Translations under genes and position numbers: made by a program
DNA from: Paraspadella gotoi
Taxonomy: Eukaryota > Animalia > Chaetognatha
Assembly (NCBI GenBank): GCA_051294375.1
Contig: CM119264.1
Coordinates: forward strand, 557,173 to 621,172
Direction of reading: 5' to 3'
Length of the DNA: 64,000 bases
Notes under the pieces: generated by a model
What the model was told of the DNA's origin: nothing
Databases searched by the model: none
What the model saw: the letters and a program-made list of their open reading frames with translations, nothing else
Shown: one piece after another, positions 41,801 to 53,110 of the stretch
How positions within the stretch are numbered: position 1 is the first letter of the stretch
Layout of the letters: each line of letters starts with the position of its first letter

Positions 41801-44800
41801 CCCCTCCCGTAGGGAGAAGTCTGTTGCGTCTCTTCAGTGAATTGTTGTTGTTGGTGGAAAGTTCGTCACAAGTTGAGGCATGTCGCCTGATGTGTGTGGG
41901 CGCGAAAGTGCATCGCCAGGTTGAGGCATGTCGCCTGAAAGTGTTGTTGTTGCTGTTGTGTTTGGAAGTCGGGCTCACCAATGAAGAGATCAGTAATTAT
42001 TGTTATGAGTTAGTGATAGAACCGTTCAATATAGGCAGTCCTTGAGCTTTGGATCAGGCTGTAACATCATGTTACAGGCGGGTTAAGCGCCCCGTCCCTC
42101 TTAACTGCGAGGCGTCCACCGGGCTAGAACCCCGGACCTTTGGGTTGGGAGGCGAATGACTTGCCTCCGGCACCAATGGTCGCTGATGAATGGTTGGTGG
42201 ATTTTAGTCCACCATAATAGACTTTATTTCAACAATTAGGATATATATTTTACCTGTAAAGCCAATTTAGAGTTAACGACGCTCGTCTTGGACAGTTCAC
42301 TCTGAGTGGCCGCTAGCCTCGGTGCGGCCTGCAATATGGTCTGACTCAAGCCCATCCAATATTGAAGGTCCGTCATGAGTTGTCGGTTGATCCTGTAGGG
42401 CTCCTTCGTTGTGGCGGTCGGCGTGGAGGCGTTAACTCCTTCCATCTAACAAGATTACAATTAGAAGATTAAAATTAAAAGATTAGAATTAGAAAAATAG
42501 GATTAGAAAATTAGAAGATTAGAATTAGAAGATTAGAATTAGAGAAGATAAAAATTATAGAAGATTAGAATTTAAAGTTAGAATTAAAAGATTAGAATTT
42601 AAAAGATTAGTATTAAGATATTAGGATTAAAAGATTAGAATTGAGAAGATTAGAAGATTAGATATATCGCTTCATTGGTGGGGAGGCCAAGAACTGGAGG
42701 TAGTTAGTAAACCAGAGAGTGAAGTCTTGATTGAAAGCTTTCCCCTGCAAGCTATCCCCTGCTATAAAATTAATACAAACAACGACGCTTTGTTACAGGG
42801 ATAGAGACCACGATTACATTAATTATTTAACAAATTAATAAAGAATTGGCGTGGAAGACGATCTTAATTACATGAAACTGTGACCGTAATTTGTTGCACG
42901 CTCTCTCTCTCTCACTCTTTCTCTCTCTCTCTCCCTCTCACTCTCACCGGAGGGGGCGTTGGCATTAGCGTCGTCGTTGGCGGCGGCGTTGTCAGAATGT
43001 AACGTCCCCAACTTCTAGTGACGCCAAACGTAAAGACGAAAAATATGACTATCGTCGGACGAATCATTTTTTTTTTTTGTGGGTGGAAGATATGTAAAAT
43101 GGACGAATATACAAAAATGATTAAATAATTTATTATTTCTTCTTTTTATTTAAGAGCAATATTCGGTTGTTTTTTTTAATCTCGTGAGCAATGAATTGGT
43201 TTTATTATTTTTTGTTTCTGTTTAAACGTTTTTGTTTTTTCAGATCAAATTCCTTTTTTTTTCGAGATTTTTTTTTTCTTCTTCCAGTTAATCTTTTGTC
43301 AAGTTGCAATATTTTAGTAAATAGTCAGCATTTTTAAATTTTCGTTTTTCTTGATTAATCATCTGTCAGATTTAGTACATGGTTAATCTAGAATAATGTA
43401 TCCAATTTTGCTGTTATATATTATTTATTTAATTGTTTTTTTCGCCTCAGTTTATTATTATCGTCGCATAAACAACGTATAAACAAAACATTATTTTTTT
43501 TCTTACTTTTTTTGTTTTTTAATTATAAGTTGCTCTCTCTCTCTCTTTTTTCCAGTCGCTGACTCTGATTCGTCCAAAAACATGTTGATCTCTCTTTTTA
43601 ACTCTTATTCATTTATTCATTCGATTTTTTAAATTAAATTAATTAAATTCGTTCAATTTGATTATATTTTTAAATTTATTTATTCAACGAAATTGGTACA
43701 ACTTTGGTGGTTTAAGGCCTCCATCACTCTTACAAGATAATGATATAGCGGGTCCCTGCATGCTTTCAATCAAGACTCTCTCACAGTCTAGTTTATTCAC
43801 TCCCAGAGTTCCTGGCTTCCCTATCAATGAAGTGGTATAATGTTTCAAAGAATGTTTCAAAGAAGCAATTTATTTATCTTAATTTGTTGTTTATTTAAAT
43901 TAAATAAATTTAAATTTAATTCATACAATCATTCATTCAATTTATTTCATTCAATTCAATTCATTTTATTTAATTTATTTTATTTTATTCATTCAATTCA
44001 TTTTTTGGATATATTAAACCAAGTTTATGTATAAAACTTAGTTTTCTTGTATTTAATTTGATTTTTTGAGAATAAAAGTTTCTGCGACGATCCTTATGCT
44101 TTTAAAATCTTTTTCATAATAATTTTTTTTTAAATTATTGCTTTAAGCTCAAAGGTTAATGTTCAGTTGTACAATGTACAAATGTACATAGTTCTTCTAA
44201 TTTACTAGCAACGAAAACAGATTTTAATTTTGTCATATTTCGACCACAATTTTTATTAAGAGCTATTAACTTTAGAAACCAATTAGTTTTTAGGTTAGGT
44301 TAGTGGATAGCAATAAAAGTTGGGTTATAATTAATGATTGCCTATATATATTTGGTTTGGGATTGGAGTTCCGGATTACATTAAAAAAAAAACGATTTAG
44401 GGGATTAGGAACGAAAACTGGTAAATAACGGAATATAGTGCCCCCAACCTTCCCCAATCACCTTCTGACTTTAACCTTCTACATCCCATCCACCCCCCCC
44501 TCCCAGTCATGTTCTTCGACGAACCGACGAGCGGGCTTGACAGTTCATCCTGCTACCAGTGCATCTCTCTGCTCAAAAGTCTAGCTCAAGGCGGCCGGAC
44601 CATCGTGTGCACGATCCATCAACCTTCTGCGAAGCTCTTCGAAAAGTTTGATCATCTGTATCTACTGGCGGAGGGTCAATGCCTGTACAGAGGGGAGACC
44701 CGTCTCCTGGTGACTTACCTCCGACGGCTTGGGCTCGAATGTCCCTCTTATCACAACCCGGCCGATTATATTTTAGAGGCGAGTCCGTTAGGTTGTACAA

Positions 44801-46316
44801 TGTACATTGTACAATGCATTGCACATTGTTTGGTATTGTACATTTTATAATATACATTTGGTTGTTGGCGAATACTTGCAGAGCAACTCTCTAGGACACT
44901 TGAGTGTCGGTCGGTCTGTCTGTCTGTCGTATAATTTGGATAATTCTTTATTAATTAGGTTTCTATTTAGTTGGGAGAAAAAGAACCATAAGACCTTTAA
45001 AGTGCATTTGTATCATACTTGTGAAGTCAGGTGCGATCACGTGACCCGAAATTTAATGTGGCTTTAATTTGTTGACTGTGGACGCAACAAATTTCAGAAT
45101 AAAAATGAATTTGTTCCTCAACAAGGTTTATAAGTCAATGGGCTTAGATGCTAAGTCTATAACAATAGGTATTTACAAGGTCAAAGTTTGAGCATAAAGA
45201 GAAAGAGTAAAACAATCGAGGGTAAGGTTGAAAGTAAGGTCAAATGGTTTGACCGAGGTTGCGTGTTGTAGTTGTAGTTGTTCGTCCACATAACCCTTTT
45301 ATTCATTTTCTTGACATGAAAAAAAATCTTGACTGTTACTGTTAGTGCAACACACTGTTGTGTTGGTTGCTATTGTTTACATTGTTTTTCTTTCCTTTTA
45401 ATAGTGTTTTGCGCTTATTAGTTTATTTTGATTTTTCGTTTTAATCTTTCTGTTCTTTATAATTTTGTGTATTTTAAATCATAATCAAATACAAGTGACA
45501 AGAAAGTCGCTGCGGCGCAGCGTTCGAATCTCCGTTCGTTTTAATTTTAATTCTGAAAGAAAGAGACATTAAATCTTTCTGATCTCTTTCTGACCCCATG
45601 ACCCCCCCCCCGTTTGGCCTGACCATCCAACTCACCCCTTCTCCTCCCGCCTTTCCCAGGTGGCAGTCGGTGAGTACGGCGACCTGGTTCCAAAACTGAC
45701 GGTCGCAATTCAAAATCATCTCTGCGAATCTTTGCACGAAGAGACGAGATTGAGAGAGAAGGAACTCCTGGCGGCGAAACCAATAAACACGGAGAAGGGC
45801 GCGGCGGGAGGTGTCGCCGCCGCCGCCGCCGCAGCAAATGTCAAGAGTTCCGCTGCATCGCAGGATGAGAAAGGTGTGGCTTCCTTCATTCATTCATTCA
45901 TTCATTCATTCATTCATTCATTCATTCATTCATTCATTCATTCATTGTAATAAGTTCGCCACTCCGAGAAACATGACTTCAGTCGTGACTCGGCGGGCGT
46001 GAGGACGGACGCTTCCCGCAGGTTAGGGTACCATCGGGGATCGATCCCGGTACCTGATAGTCATGAGCTGATGGTATTACTCAATGAGCCACCGGGTCAC
46101 GCTTAATAGGCGGGGTGAACTTATTGAAATGCCCGACTACATATATCCTTTGCGATTTATGTTGTCCTTTTTTGAATACTTATTACTGAATGTATTCAAT
46201 CATTCATTCATTCATTCATTCATTCATTCATTCATATTCATTAGATTTACATTTTTTCTCTTCAATGGTATCTCCCCCCTTTCCCCTCCTTTCTCTCTCT
46301 CTCCCCCCTCTTTCCT

Positions 46317-46351
<35 letters not shown>

Positions 46352-49300
46352 CTCTCTCTCTCTCTCTCTCCCCTCTCTTTTTTCTCTCTCTCCCCTCTCT
46401 CTTTTCTCCTCTTTCCCCCTCTCTCCCTCTCCCTCTTTCCCCCTCTCTCTCTCTCCCTCTTTCCCCCTCTCTCTTTCCCCCTCTCTCTCCCCCTCTTCCC
46501 CCCTCTCTCTCCCCCTCTTTCCCCCTCTCTCTCTCTCCCTCTTCCCCCCCTCTCTCTCCCTCTTTCCCCCTCTCTCCCCCCCAAAGGAATTCTGAATGAT
46601 GACGAAGCCGTTGACGAAGGTCGCCTCGATCTCTTGACCGAAGAGGGAATTGATTTGGAAGGCCAAGTCTCCGACGTCGACCTCAAAGTCGACGAGTCCG
46701 AAAACGAAGGAGAAGGAGCGAGTGAGTTTTTCGTTATTAAACTATATTCAAAGTATTGAAACAATATTATAATAGGATTTTTATGAAATCCTTATCAGAA
46801 ATAGTCTAAACTGCTACAATTTGTAAATGCGATCGAAGAACTCGATCTCATTTGAAATGAAACACTGCTACTTATTAATGTTATTTATTATTGTAGAGAT
46901 TGAAAGCTTGCAGGGACTTGCTGTTATTTTCTTGTAAGAGGGGTGGAGGCTGTAGCCCACTTTATCCTGTCCACAGGCAGTAGAAAAGTTGAATGGATTA
47001 TTTTTATAATGGTTTCAGCTATATTGTAATTTAAATTTTATAATATTAGTAGACGGATGTTTAATACTCAATTACACGAATTATTAACCAAATTTTAAAT
47101 CGAATGCTCCGATGGACAGAAACTAAAAATGAGGAATATGACAAAAGTCAAAGTTCTTTTCAAACCATTAAAATTTCTAAAAGAAAATAATATCAAAGCA
47201 AATTTCTAGTTCTGTGTGGATGAAACAAAATGAATGAGATAAGGAGCTAATGAGTGTTTTATCCATATAGCAGCCTGGGTTGGAGGGTAGGTTCCATTGG
47301 GGATCTATCCCGGTACCTGATGATCAATTAGCCACAGGATCACAATTCATGAGTTAAGGTTGTGGATAAGGCGCTAAGTGGGCTGCGAATGACTATCCGT
47401 AACATCTATAACCCCCTCTAGCAGCCATGGAACGGGTCCTGTGCTTGGAACCAGGCTCGAGGGTTTGCCACGCCCCCTAGGCGGCTTACGTCCGTCCTCA
47501 TGCTTCCCACAGGGTAGTTACCGAGTTGGGATTGAACCCGGTACCTAGTGGTCATGAACTGATGGCTTTACTCAATGAGCCACCGGGTCACCACTGAAAG
47601 TGTTATACCTCCCTCTCTCCCTCTCCTCTCTATCTTCCTCTCCTCCCTCTCCTCTCTATCTCCCTCTCCTCCCACTCTCCCTGTCCTCTCTATCTTCCTC
47701 TCTATCTCCCTCTCCTCTCTATCTCCCTCTCCTATCTATCTTCCTCTCTCCCTCTCCTCTCTATCTCCCTCTCTCCTCTATCTCCCTCTCCTCCCTCTCT
47801 CTCCTCTCTATCTTCCTCTCCATCTTCCTCTCCTCCCTCTCTCCCTCTCCTCTAACTTCCTTTGCAGGATTCCGTTTCAAGAAGAAGAAGAAGAGAAAAA
47901 GTTTGACGGCGGAAGTCGATTACATTGAGGCCAACAGTTTCGCCACGAGCTGCTTCACGCAGTTCAGAATTCTTTTCGTCCGCACCTTCATCACTATTTT
48001 AAGGTGATAGAGAGAGAGGGAGAGAGAGAGAGAGACAGACAGAGACAGAGAGAGAGAGACAGAGAGAGAGAGAGAGGCGGCCGATTTTCCCCCATCACTA
48101 ATCCTTAAAAATACATCCATCCCATTTTAAAATGCACAATTTGCAGGGACACCGTGCTGACCCGGCTCCGCCTCTGCGCCCACCTGGTCATAGGGGTCCT
48201 CATCGGTCTCCTATATTTGGACATTGGCAACGAGTCTTCCAAAGTCTTCAACAATTCCGGTTGCCTCTTCTTTTCTGTTCTCTTCCTCATGTTTTCCGCT
48301 TTGATGCCGACAGTCATGACTTTCCCTTTGGGTGAGCAAAAGGGGGGGAACGGAGTTTGGGCTCTCTTTTCTGAAAGCGCCTCAATTTCATCTTTTAATG
48401 GTTAATGCTTCTCTGTTTTTTAAACTCATAACCCATCTCTGTATTCTTAATCTTTATTCATAATCCTTAACCCTTAGCCTAATCTATATCAAAATAACCA
48501 AATCTCTATTCTTAATCCTTAAATCTATATCCCTAACCTTTATCCTCAAGCCCTATTATTTACCCTTAACCCGAATCAGTAACCTAATCCCTAACCAAAT
48601 CTTTTAACCCTAACCTTATTTCTACTTCGCGACCATGCGTTTTTACGGGGTTTTTACGGTATGTGGGAATGTAAGATGGGTGCGGGAGTCAATAAATAAA
48701 TAAAATAAAATAATAAACTTAGCTCGTCCCATGAACTCGAACTGGGATGGTCAGTTGGTCACTGCAGGTGCAAAGCCCTGAGCGCCACCTGTCGGGAAGA
48801 TGCCTCACGGCCCAGGGATCACACACGTGTCTCCCTATTGAATTAATTATTCCAACCTCGTCCCCTCTTCGTCATCCCAATCTATCTTTCTACAGAAATG
48901 TCAGTCTGTGTCAAGGAGCACCTTAACTACTGGTACAGCCTGAAGGCCTACTACCTGGCAAAGACGATGGCCGACATGCCATTTCAGATCGTCTTCCCCA
49001 TCATCTACGGAGCCGTCGTTTATTGGATGACGGCTCAACCAAACGATTTCCTTCGATTCGTTCTCTTCTTGACGCAAACGATCTTGACATCGCTGGTGGC
49101 CCAATCGCTGGGGCTGTTGATCGGTGCTGCCACACCGCTGCAGGTTTTTGATGGAGAAGGGATTGATGTTGTTTGCTGCTTCCAATTTTTTGATGGATAA
49201 AAAATATGATTTTGTTTGATCGATGCTGCCACGCCACTGCAGGTTTTTGATTGAGAAAGAGGGTGATATTTTTTGAAGGGGCTGTTGTCGGAGCTGTGAC

Positions 49301-50121
49301 GCTTCTGCAGGCTTTTGATGGAGAAAATAGATGTTTGATGGGGCTGTTGATCGGTGCTGCAATTCCTCTGCAGGCTTTGGATGAAGAAAGATGCAGGTTT
49401 ATGATGGATGCTGTTGTTTGATTGGGCTGTTGAGGGTGCAGCCACAACATAACGGTAATTGTGCTCTAACTCCAGGTGGCTATCTTCGTTGGTCCCATCA
49501 CCACGCTACCGATTCTGCTCTTCAGCGGATTTTTTGTGACCCTTGATTCAATTCCATCGTATCTTCAATGGCTCTCCTACATATCCTACGTCAGATATTC
49601 TTTCGAAGGTGATTAAGGAATTGATTCTAGATTCTAGATTAAGGATTCTAGATTCTAGATTCAGGAATAGATTCTTATATTCAATCTTTTTTGAATATCA
49701 GAAGAAAAGTTTGGCTGGCTGAATGATATTGAAATATAATGAAGGTCTATGAAAAACATGCATTACATTTTTATGTCGAATTTTTATGCCATCGAAACAG
49801 TTGATAAAACATTATCCTATACAATTATACATACCACTTTATTGATAATAAAATGTAGGTAATGCGGAAGTTGCTAATTTCATGCAATATATCCCAGGTT
49901 GCCTGCTCTCGATCTACGGATACAACCGTCCGACTCTTCAATGCGCCTCTAGCGGAGACTCCAAGAAATGCATCTACAAGAAGTCGGCCGATTTTCTCGC
50001 CGACATGGACGTCGACGGCTCCAAGTTTTGGGTCGATTTTTTGGTTCTGACCGCGATGTTCTTTTTTTTGAGAATCATCGCTTATTTTGTCCTCAGGTGG
50101 AAAGTCAAGAGCGATCGGTAG
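29826..50121 (+). CDS. ABC transporter subfamily G half transporter (ABCG1/ABCG4/Atet-like)
   Basis: Exons 29826-29894 (MAELLSV..PDPK, inferred first exon), exon 2 present only inverted, 38521-38631 (Walker A GPSGSGKS), 38946-39077 (YIMQDD), 40035-40220 (LSGGQRKR), 44507-44778 ([11 protein letters not shown]; GC donor), 45660-45873, 46587-46721, 47868-48003, 48147-48331, 48896-49143, 49476-49608 and 49898-50121 (..LRWKVKSDR*). The NBD-before-TMD order is diagnostic of ABCG. Confidence 0.95.
30370..35490 (-). repeat. Left arm of second inverted duplication (mirror of ~38160-43900), carrying ABCG exons 3-5 on the minus strand
   Basis: 33535-33718 mirrors exon 40035-40220, 34590-34720 mirrors 38946-39077, and 35030-35140 mirrors 38521-38631. 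Similarity decays toward 30370. Confidence 0.93.
33934..34029 (+). mobile_element. Internally deleted mirror of solo LTR 39589-39822 (TSD GTAT)
   Basis: Same flanks and TSD as 39589-39822, but ~135 bp between two CCGG motifs is missing. Confidence 0.8.
35526..35702 (-). CDS. ABCG exon 2, noisy inverted copy A
   Basis: Consensus with copy B reads ..[19 protein letters not shown], the usual ABCG1/4 pre-Walker-A segment. It is collinear with the minus-strand exons 3-5. Confidence 0.7.
37402..37597 (-). CDS. ABCG exon 2, noisy inverted copy B
   Basis: A (CT)n-CAG acceptor and GTAAG donor flank [27 protein letters not shown]. Phases 0/1 fit between exon 29826-29894 and exon 38521. Confidence 0.72.
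39345..39480. repeat. 21-bp tandem repeat (CTTAATCTTTCCAACCAAATC, ~6 copies)
   Basis: Visible periodicity; it produces the spurious KIKDLVG repeat ORF. Confidence 0.9.
39589..39822 (-). mobile_element. Solo LTR of the tRNA-carrying TRIM, 4-bp TSD ATAC
   Basis: ATAC at 39585-39588 and 39823-39826. The 72-nt tRNA-like cassette at 39718-39789 has an acceptor stem GCGGCCA/TGGTCGC and T-arm CCGGG-GTTCTAG-CCCGG. Confidence 0.9.
40232..40480. repeat. Degenerate ~50-bp tandem repeat (GGATTAGGTTGCTGTAGTGG(C/G)TGGGTTAATTGATTAGGAT) just after an ABCG donor
   Basis: About 5 units are directly visible. Confidence 0.85.
41008..43067 (-). CDS. Candidate small secreted protein nested antisense in an ABCG intron
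   Basis: Putative exons 43067-42948 ([13 protein letters not shown].., signal-like; GTGAG donor), 42445-42254 (..[21 protein letters not shown]; GTAAA donor) and 41112-41008 ([34 protein letters not shown]). The exon 2/3 phase fits; exons 1-2 need indel corrections. Confidence 0.4.
41565..42216 (-). mobile_element. Complete TRIM (non-autonomous LTR retrotransposon) with a tRNA-like cassette in each LTR
   Basis: 5'LTR 42216-41982; PBS TGGTGAGCCCGAC 41980-41968; non-coding internal region ~185 bp; PPT GGGAGGGGGGA 41808-41798; 3'LTR 41795-41565. TSD AGAG (41561-41564) / ATAG (42217-42220). The mirror arm near 32075 has an empty site with a single ATAG. Confidence 0.9.
43500..44085 (+). repeat. 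AT-rich dispersed repeat, diverged second copy ~50990-51480
   Basis: Shared blocks such as GATATATTAAACCAAGTTT..ATGTATAAAACTTAGTTTTC at ~44010 and ~51402. Confidence 0.7.
47358..47590 (-). mobile_element. tRNA-derived SINE (family 2), near full length
   Basis: Minus-strand head GACCCGGTGGCTCATTGAGT (A-box-like) ..TTCATGA.. GGGTTCAATCCC (B-box), followed by ~150 bp of body shared with 21103-21320 and 40505-40648. Confidence 0.78.
49110..49446 (+). repeat. Degenerate tandem copies of an ABCG exon end plus donor
   Basis: GGGCTGTTGATCGGTGCTGC..CTGCAG|G(T/C)TTTTGATGGAGAA recurs ~5 times through intron 49144-49475. Confidence 0.85.
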
Positions 50122-52131
50122 ATGTCTCTCCTTTTTCCTAATTATGTTTTGTTTTACATTTCAAATTTGTGGTTTAGTCTAAAATTTAGAGAAGATGTTT
50201 AATTAAGTTGGAAGAAAACTTATTCCTTCTCCGTATCACTCTGTATTGATTAATATGAGTTAAAAACTATATAGTATTTAACGTTCTCTTGCTTCCACCA
50301 TACTGTATTTCCCCGGCATGGCATTGGAACTTCCACACAGAAGGGGCAACGAACCAAACTGATTTGGCGAGAAAATATTTACTGTCTGGTATCACAGAAT
50401 TATAATATGGTTGCCCATCATTCATAATTAACATTTTGTGCAATATTTGCTTAGTACATCTTAAAACTTGACAAAGAAGTAATAATTTATCAGATACTAT
50501 TCGTGCATGTTTCATAATTATGAAACCATGTCATCATTTGAAAATGTTTGACATGAAAAAATCACTGCGGTTCCTGTCCATGATTGCCCACCATGTTCTA
50601 TGTACATGTTCTATGTACATGTTCGTTAAATTTTGAAATGATTGTTTTTGAAATGTTACCATTTTTCACAATTTTGGAAGAGAGAGTTGTAGTATTGATG
50701 ACTGAAAAAAAAATACAATTTTTACGATTGCGATTGCGACGATTACATATGGAATGATGGTCCCAATATATGGCGTCGTCGTCGGCGTTGTTGGCGTTCC
50801 AAATTATAGATCGCCTTTTTTAATATTATTTGTACTTGTTTGTAGCTGATTATTGAGAAATATATTCTCATCATCAAGATCGTTGAAAATTGATGAGGCG
50901 ATCTATTAAATCTTGTTTGTTTAGATTTTATATAAACAAAACAGATTTCTTCTATTTATATATCTTTTTCTCTCTTTTTTTTTCTTTTTTTAAATATATG
51001 TCGCTCTCTCTTTCTCTCAGTCGCAGCCTCTTTTGATTCATTCAAAAATGAGTTGAGCTCTGCAGCAGCTGAAAGTTACGCGTCTTTCTCTCTCTCTCTC
51101 TTTCTTTGTTTTTTATTTAAAAAAAGTTTGTTACAGCATCAAACGATGTTTAGCATCGCAATCGCGCTTGTTTTTATTTTACCTCATTTTTTTAATCTCT
51201 CAAATATTTATTCATTCAGTTTCTTTAATTAAATTAAATTAAATAAATTTGTTCAATTGAATTTTTTCAGTTCTTACTTTTAAATTTAATTATTCAATGT
51301 AATTTATTTATCTCAACTATTTCCGTAATTTAAATTAAATAAATTTAAATTTAATTCATTTAATTTCATTCATTTCATTTTATTCATTAATTTAATTTTT
51401 TGATATATTAAACCAAGTTTGCTATGTATAAAACTTAGTTTTCCTGTTTCAAATTTAAATTTTTGAGTATCAAAGTTTGTCATAGGTTCAGATTTTTTTT
51501 TTATGCGCTTGAGACAAAAACTTAACTTTATATATTTGTTCTAATTTTAATATTAATTTTAAAAAGTCAACGAATTTTTTTCTTTATTGAACATTGCGTT
51601 TCAAGATAAGTCCCATATCAAGGTTTTTGTTGAAAATCATTGTGCTAAGCTAATTCTGGAATGCCTTAATTCGTCATTTTGTGCACGAGTTCATCTACAA
51701 TTCTGTTGAATCCTATTTGTGTTACGGAAGTTTGTTTTATGAACAATTTTTTTGAATCATTCATAAATTTCTCATTAACGAGCAGTGAGATATTGTGATT
51801 AACAACTAACAAATGAACAACTTTATTTTTAAATTCTACAAATTTAAAATTAAATAGTTTTTTTCGTTTGTGCCATTGGTCTACCATGAGTACCATCGTT
51901 TGTCTTTTATTTTCTTGGTGGCCACAATTCATTAATTAGCATGAGTTAACGAAACAAATTAAAAAAAAAAACTATTATAGTGATGAAATTCAATTTTCGG
52001 TGTGTGATGTTGAGATTACCAATCACTCGAAATATATTAGTGTGCAAGCAAAACGCGCGCGTGATTATTTGCCTATTTTTCCCAATGATTGCTTGGAATC
52101 ATGATTGGTAGAATAATTAATCAAGAGATCA

Positions 52132-52176
52132 CCAGTCTCTTCAAAGGCGTGGGTTTGAATCTCACAGCTGTCACCA
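52132..52176 (+). pseudogene. tRNA-Leu-derived 3' fragment ending in CCA
   Basis: CCAGTCTCTTCAAAGGCGTGGGTTTGAATCTCACAGCTGTCACCA resembles the variable arm, T-arm and acceptor half of tRNA-Leu. Confidence 0.55.
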
Positions 52177-52755
52177 CATTTAAGTAGGTAGACAGGGTTT
52201 TTTAGGCGAAACCAACAAATGGACAAGCAAGACGGTGTCAATTTCCAGGCAGCTGAATCAATACAATTTTGGTGCAAATTTATACAGGACGGATCGTAGG
52301 TTAGGGTAAAAATCACCGGCGGATGGAAGCTTATCAGCTCATTGGCTGGTGCCATTTGTCTCTTGACCAATAGGAGAGTTCCATTCTGGTTCCGGCGATC
52401 CGATTCGGATTCTTGAGCTTGATTCCTCGATGATATATACATATATACAATATAAACGGTATGATTTCATGGAAAGCCAAATACTCTTAGTTTGAAATTT
52501 GAAAGCTGATGTTAGTTATTTGAAAGTCATCTCATGCAACAGCACACTTGTAATATAACCATGTATTTTCAAAAGCGAGAAATATGGTGTCAAGGCCAAA
52601 AACAAGATTAGTTTTTATTCCAAACATTTGAAGTCGGCAACAAGTTCAGCCTGCCTATATAGCATGAGACCTTAAGTCGTAACCCAGTTGTTCATTGAGT
52701 AATAACATCACCTCATCTCTCTCTCTCTCTCTCTCTTTGCTCATTCTCACACAGC

Positions 52756-53110
52756 CTCGGATCCATGTCGTCATTAAATGAAATGAAATTGGTACAATTC
52801 TTTTTTTCCTTTTCTTTCCCCCTCTTTTTCCCCTTCCTCCCTCACTCTCCCTTTCCTCTCCTCCCTTTCTTTTCCTCCTTTTTCCTACTTTTCTCTTTCC
52901 TCCTTTCATTTGTCTTTCTTTCCTTTTTCTTCCTTTCCTTTTTCCTCCTTTCCTTTTTCCTCCTTTCCTCAACCATTCCAGATCAAAGGCTCCTTCAGCC
53001 TCGAGAATTCCAACTTCTGCATTTCCGACGGCCTTTGCTTTTTTAACGGATTCAGCGCCAACAGTAAAAACAGTAAAAACAATAAAACCTTGACTGTTCA
53101 TTCAGATTAA
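52756..53110 (+). CDS. Possible last two exons of an unidentified gene
   Basis: A (CT)n-CAG acceptor precedes 52756-52791 (..GSMSSLNEMKL|GT), and a pyrimidine tract-CAG precedes 52982-53110 (IKGSFSLENSNFCISDGLCFFNGF..*). No family recognised. Confidence 0.25.

Larger units (their letters stand above)
38160..43900 (+). repeat. Right arm of second inverted duplication
   Basis: Reverse complement of 30370-35490, apart from the TRIM insertion at 41565-42216 and smaller indels. Confidence 0.93.

Noticed and set aside
46084-46764. Long ORFs of LSLS/ERER type (also 18803-19057, 26631-27257, 27430-27738, 47575-47860, 56929-57050, 58775-59000)
   Set aside because: Translations of (CT)n/(GA)n microsatellites; only the embedded exon portions are real.
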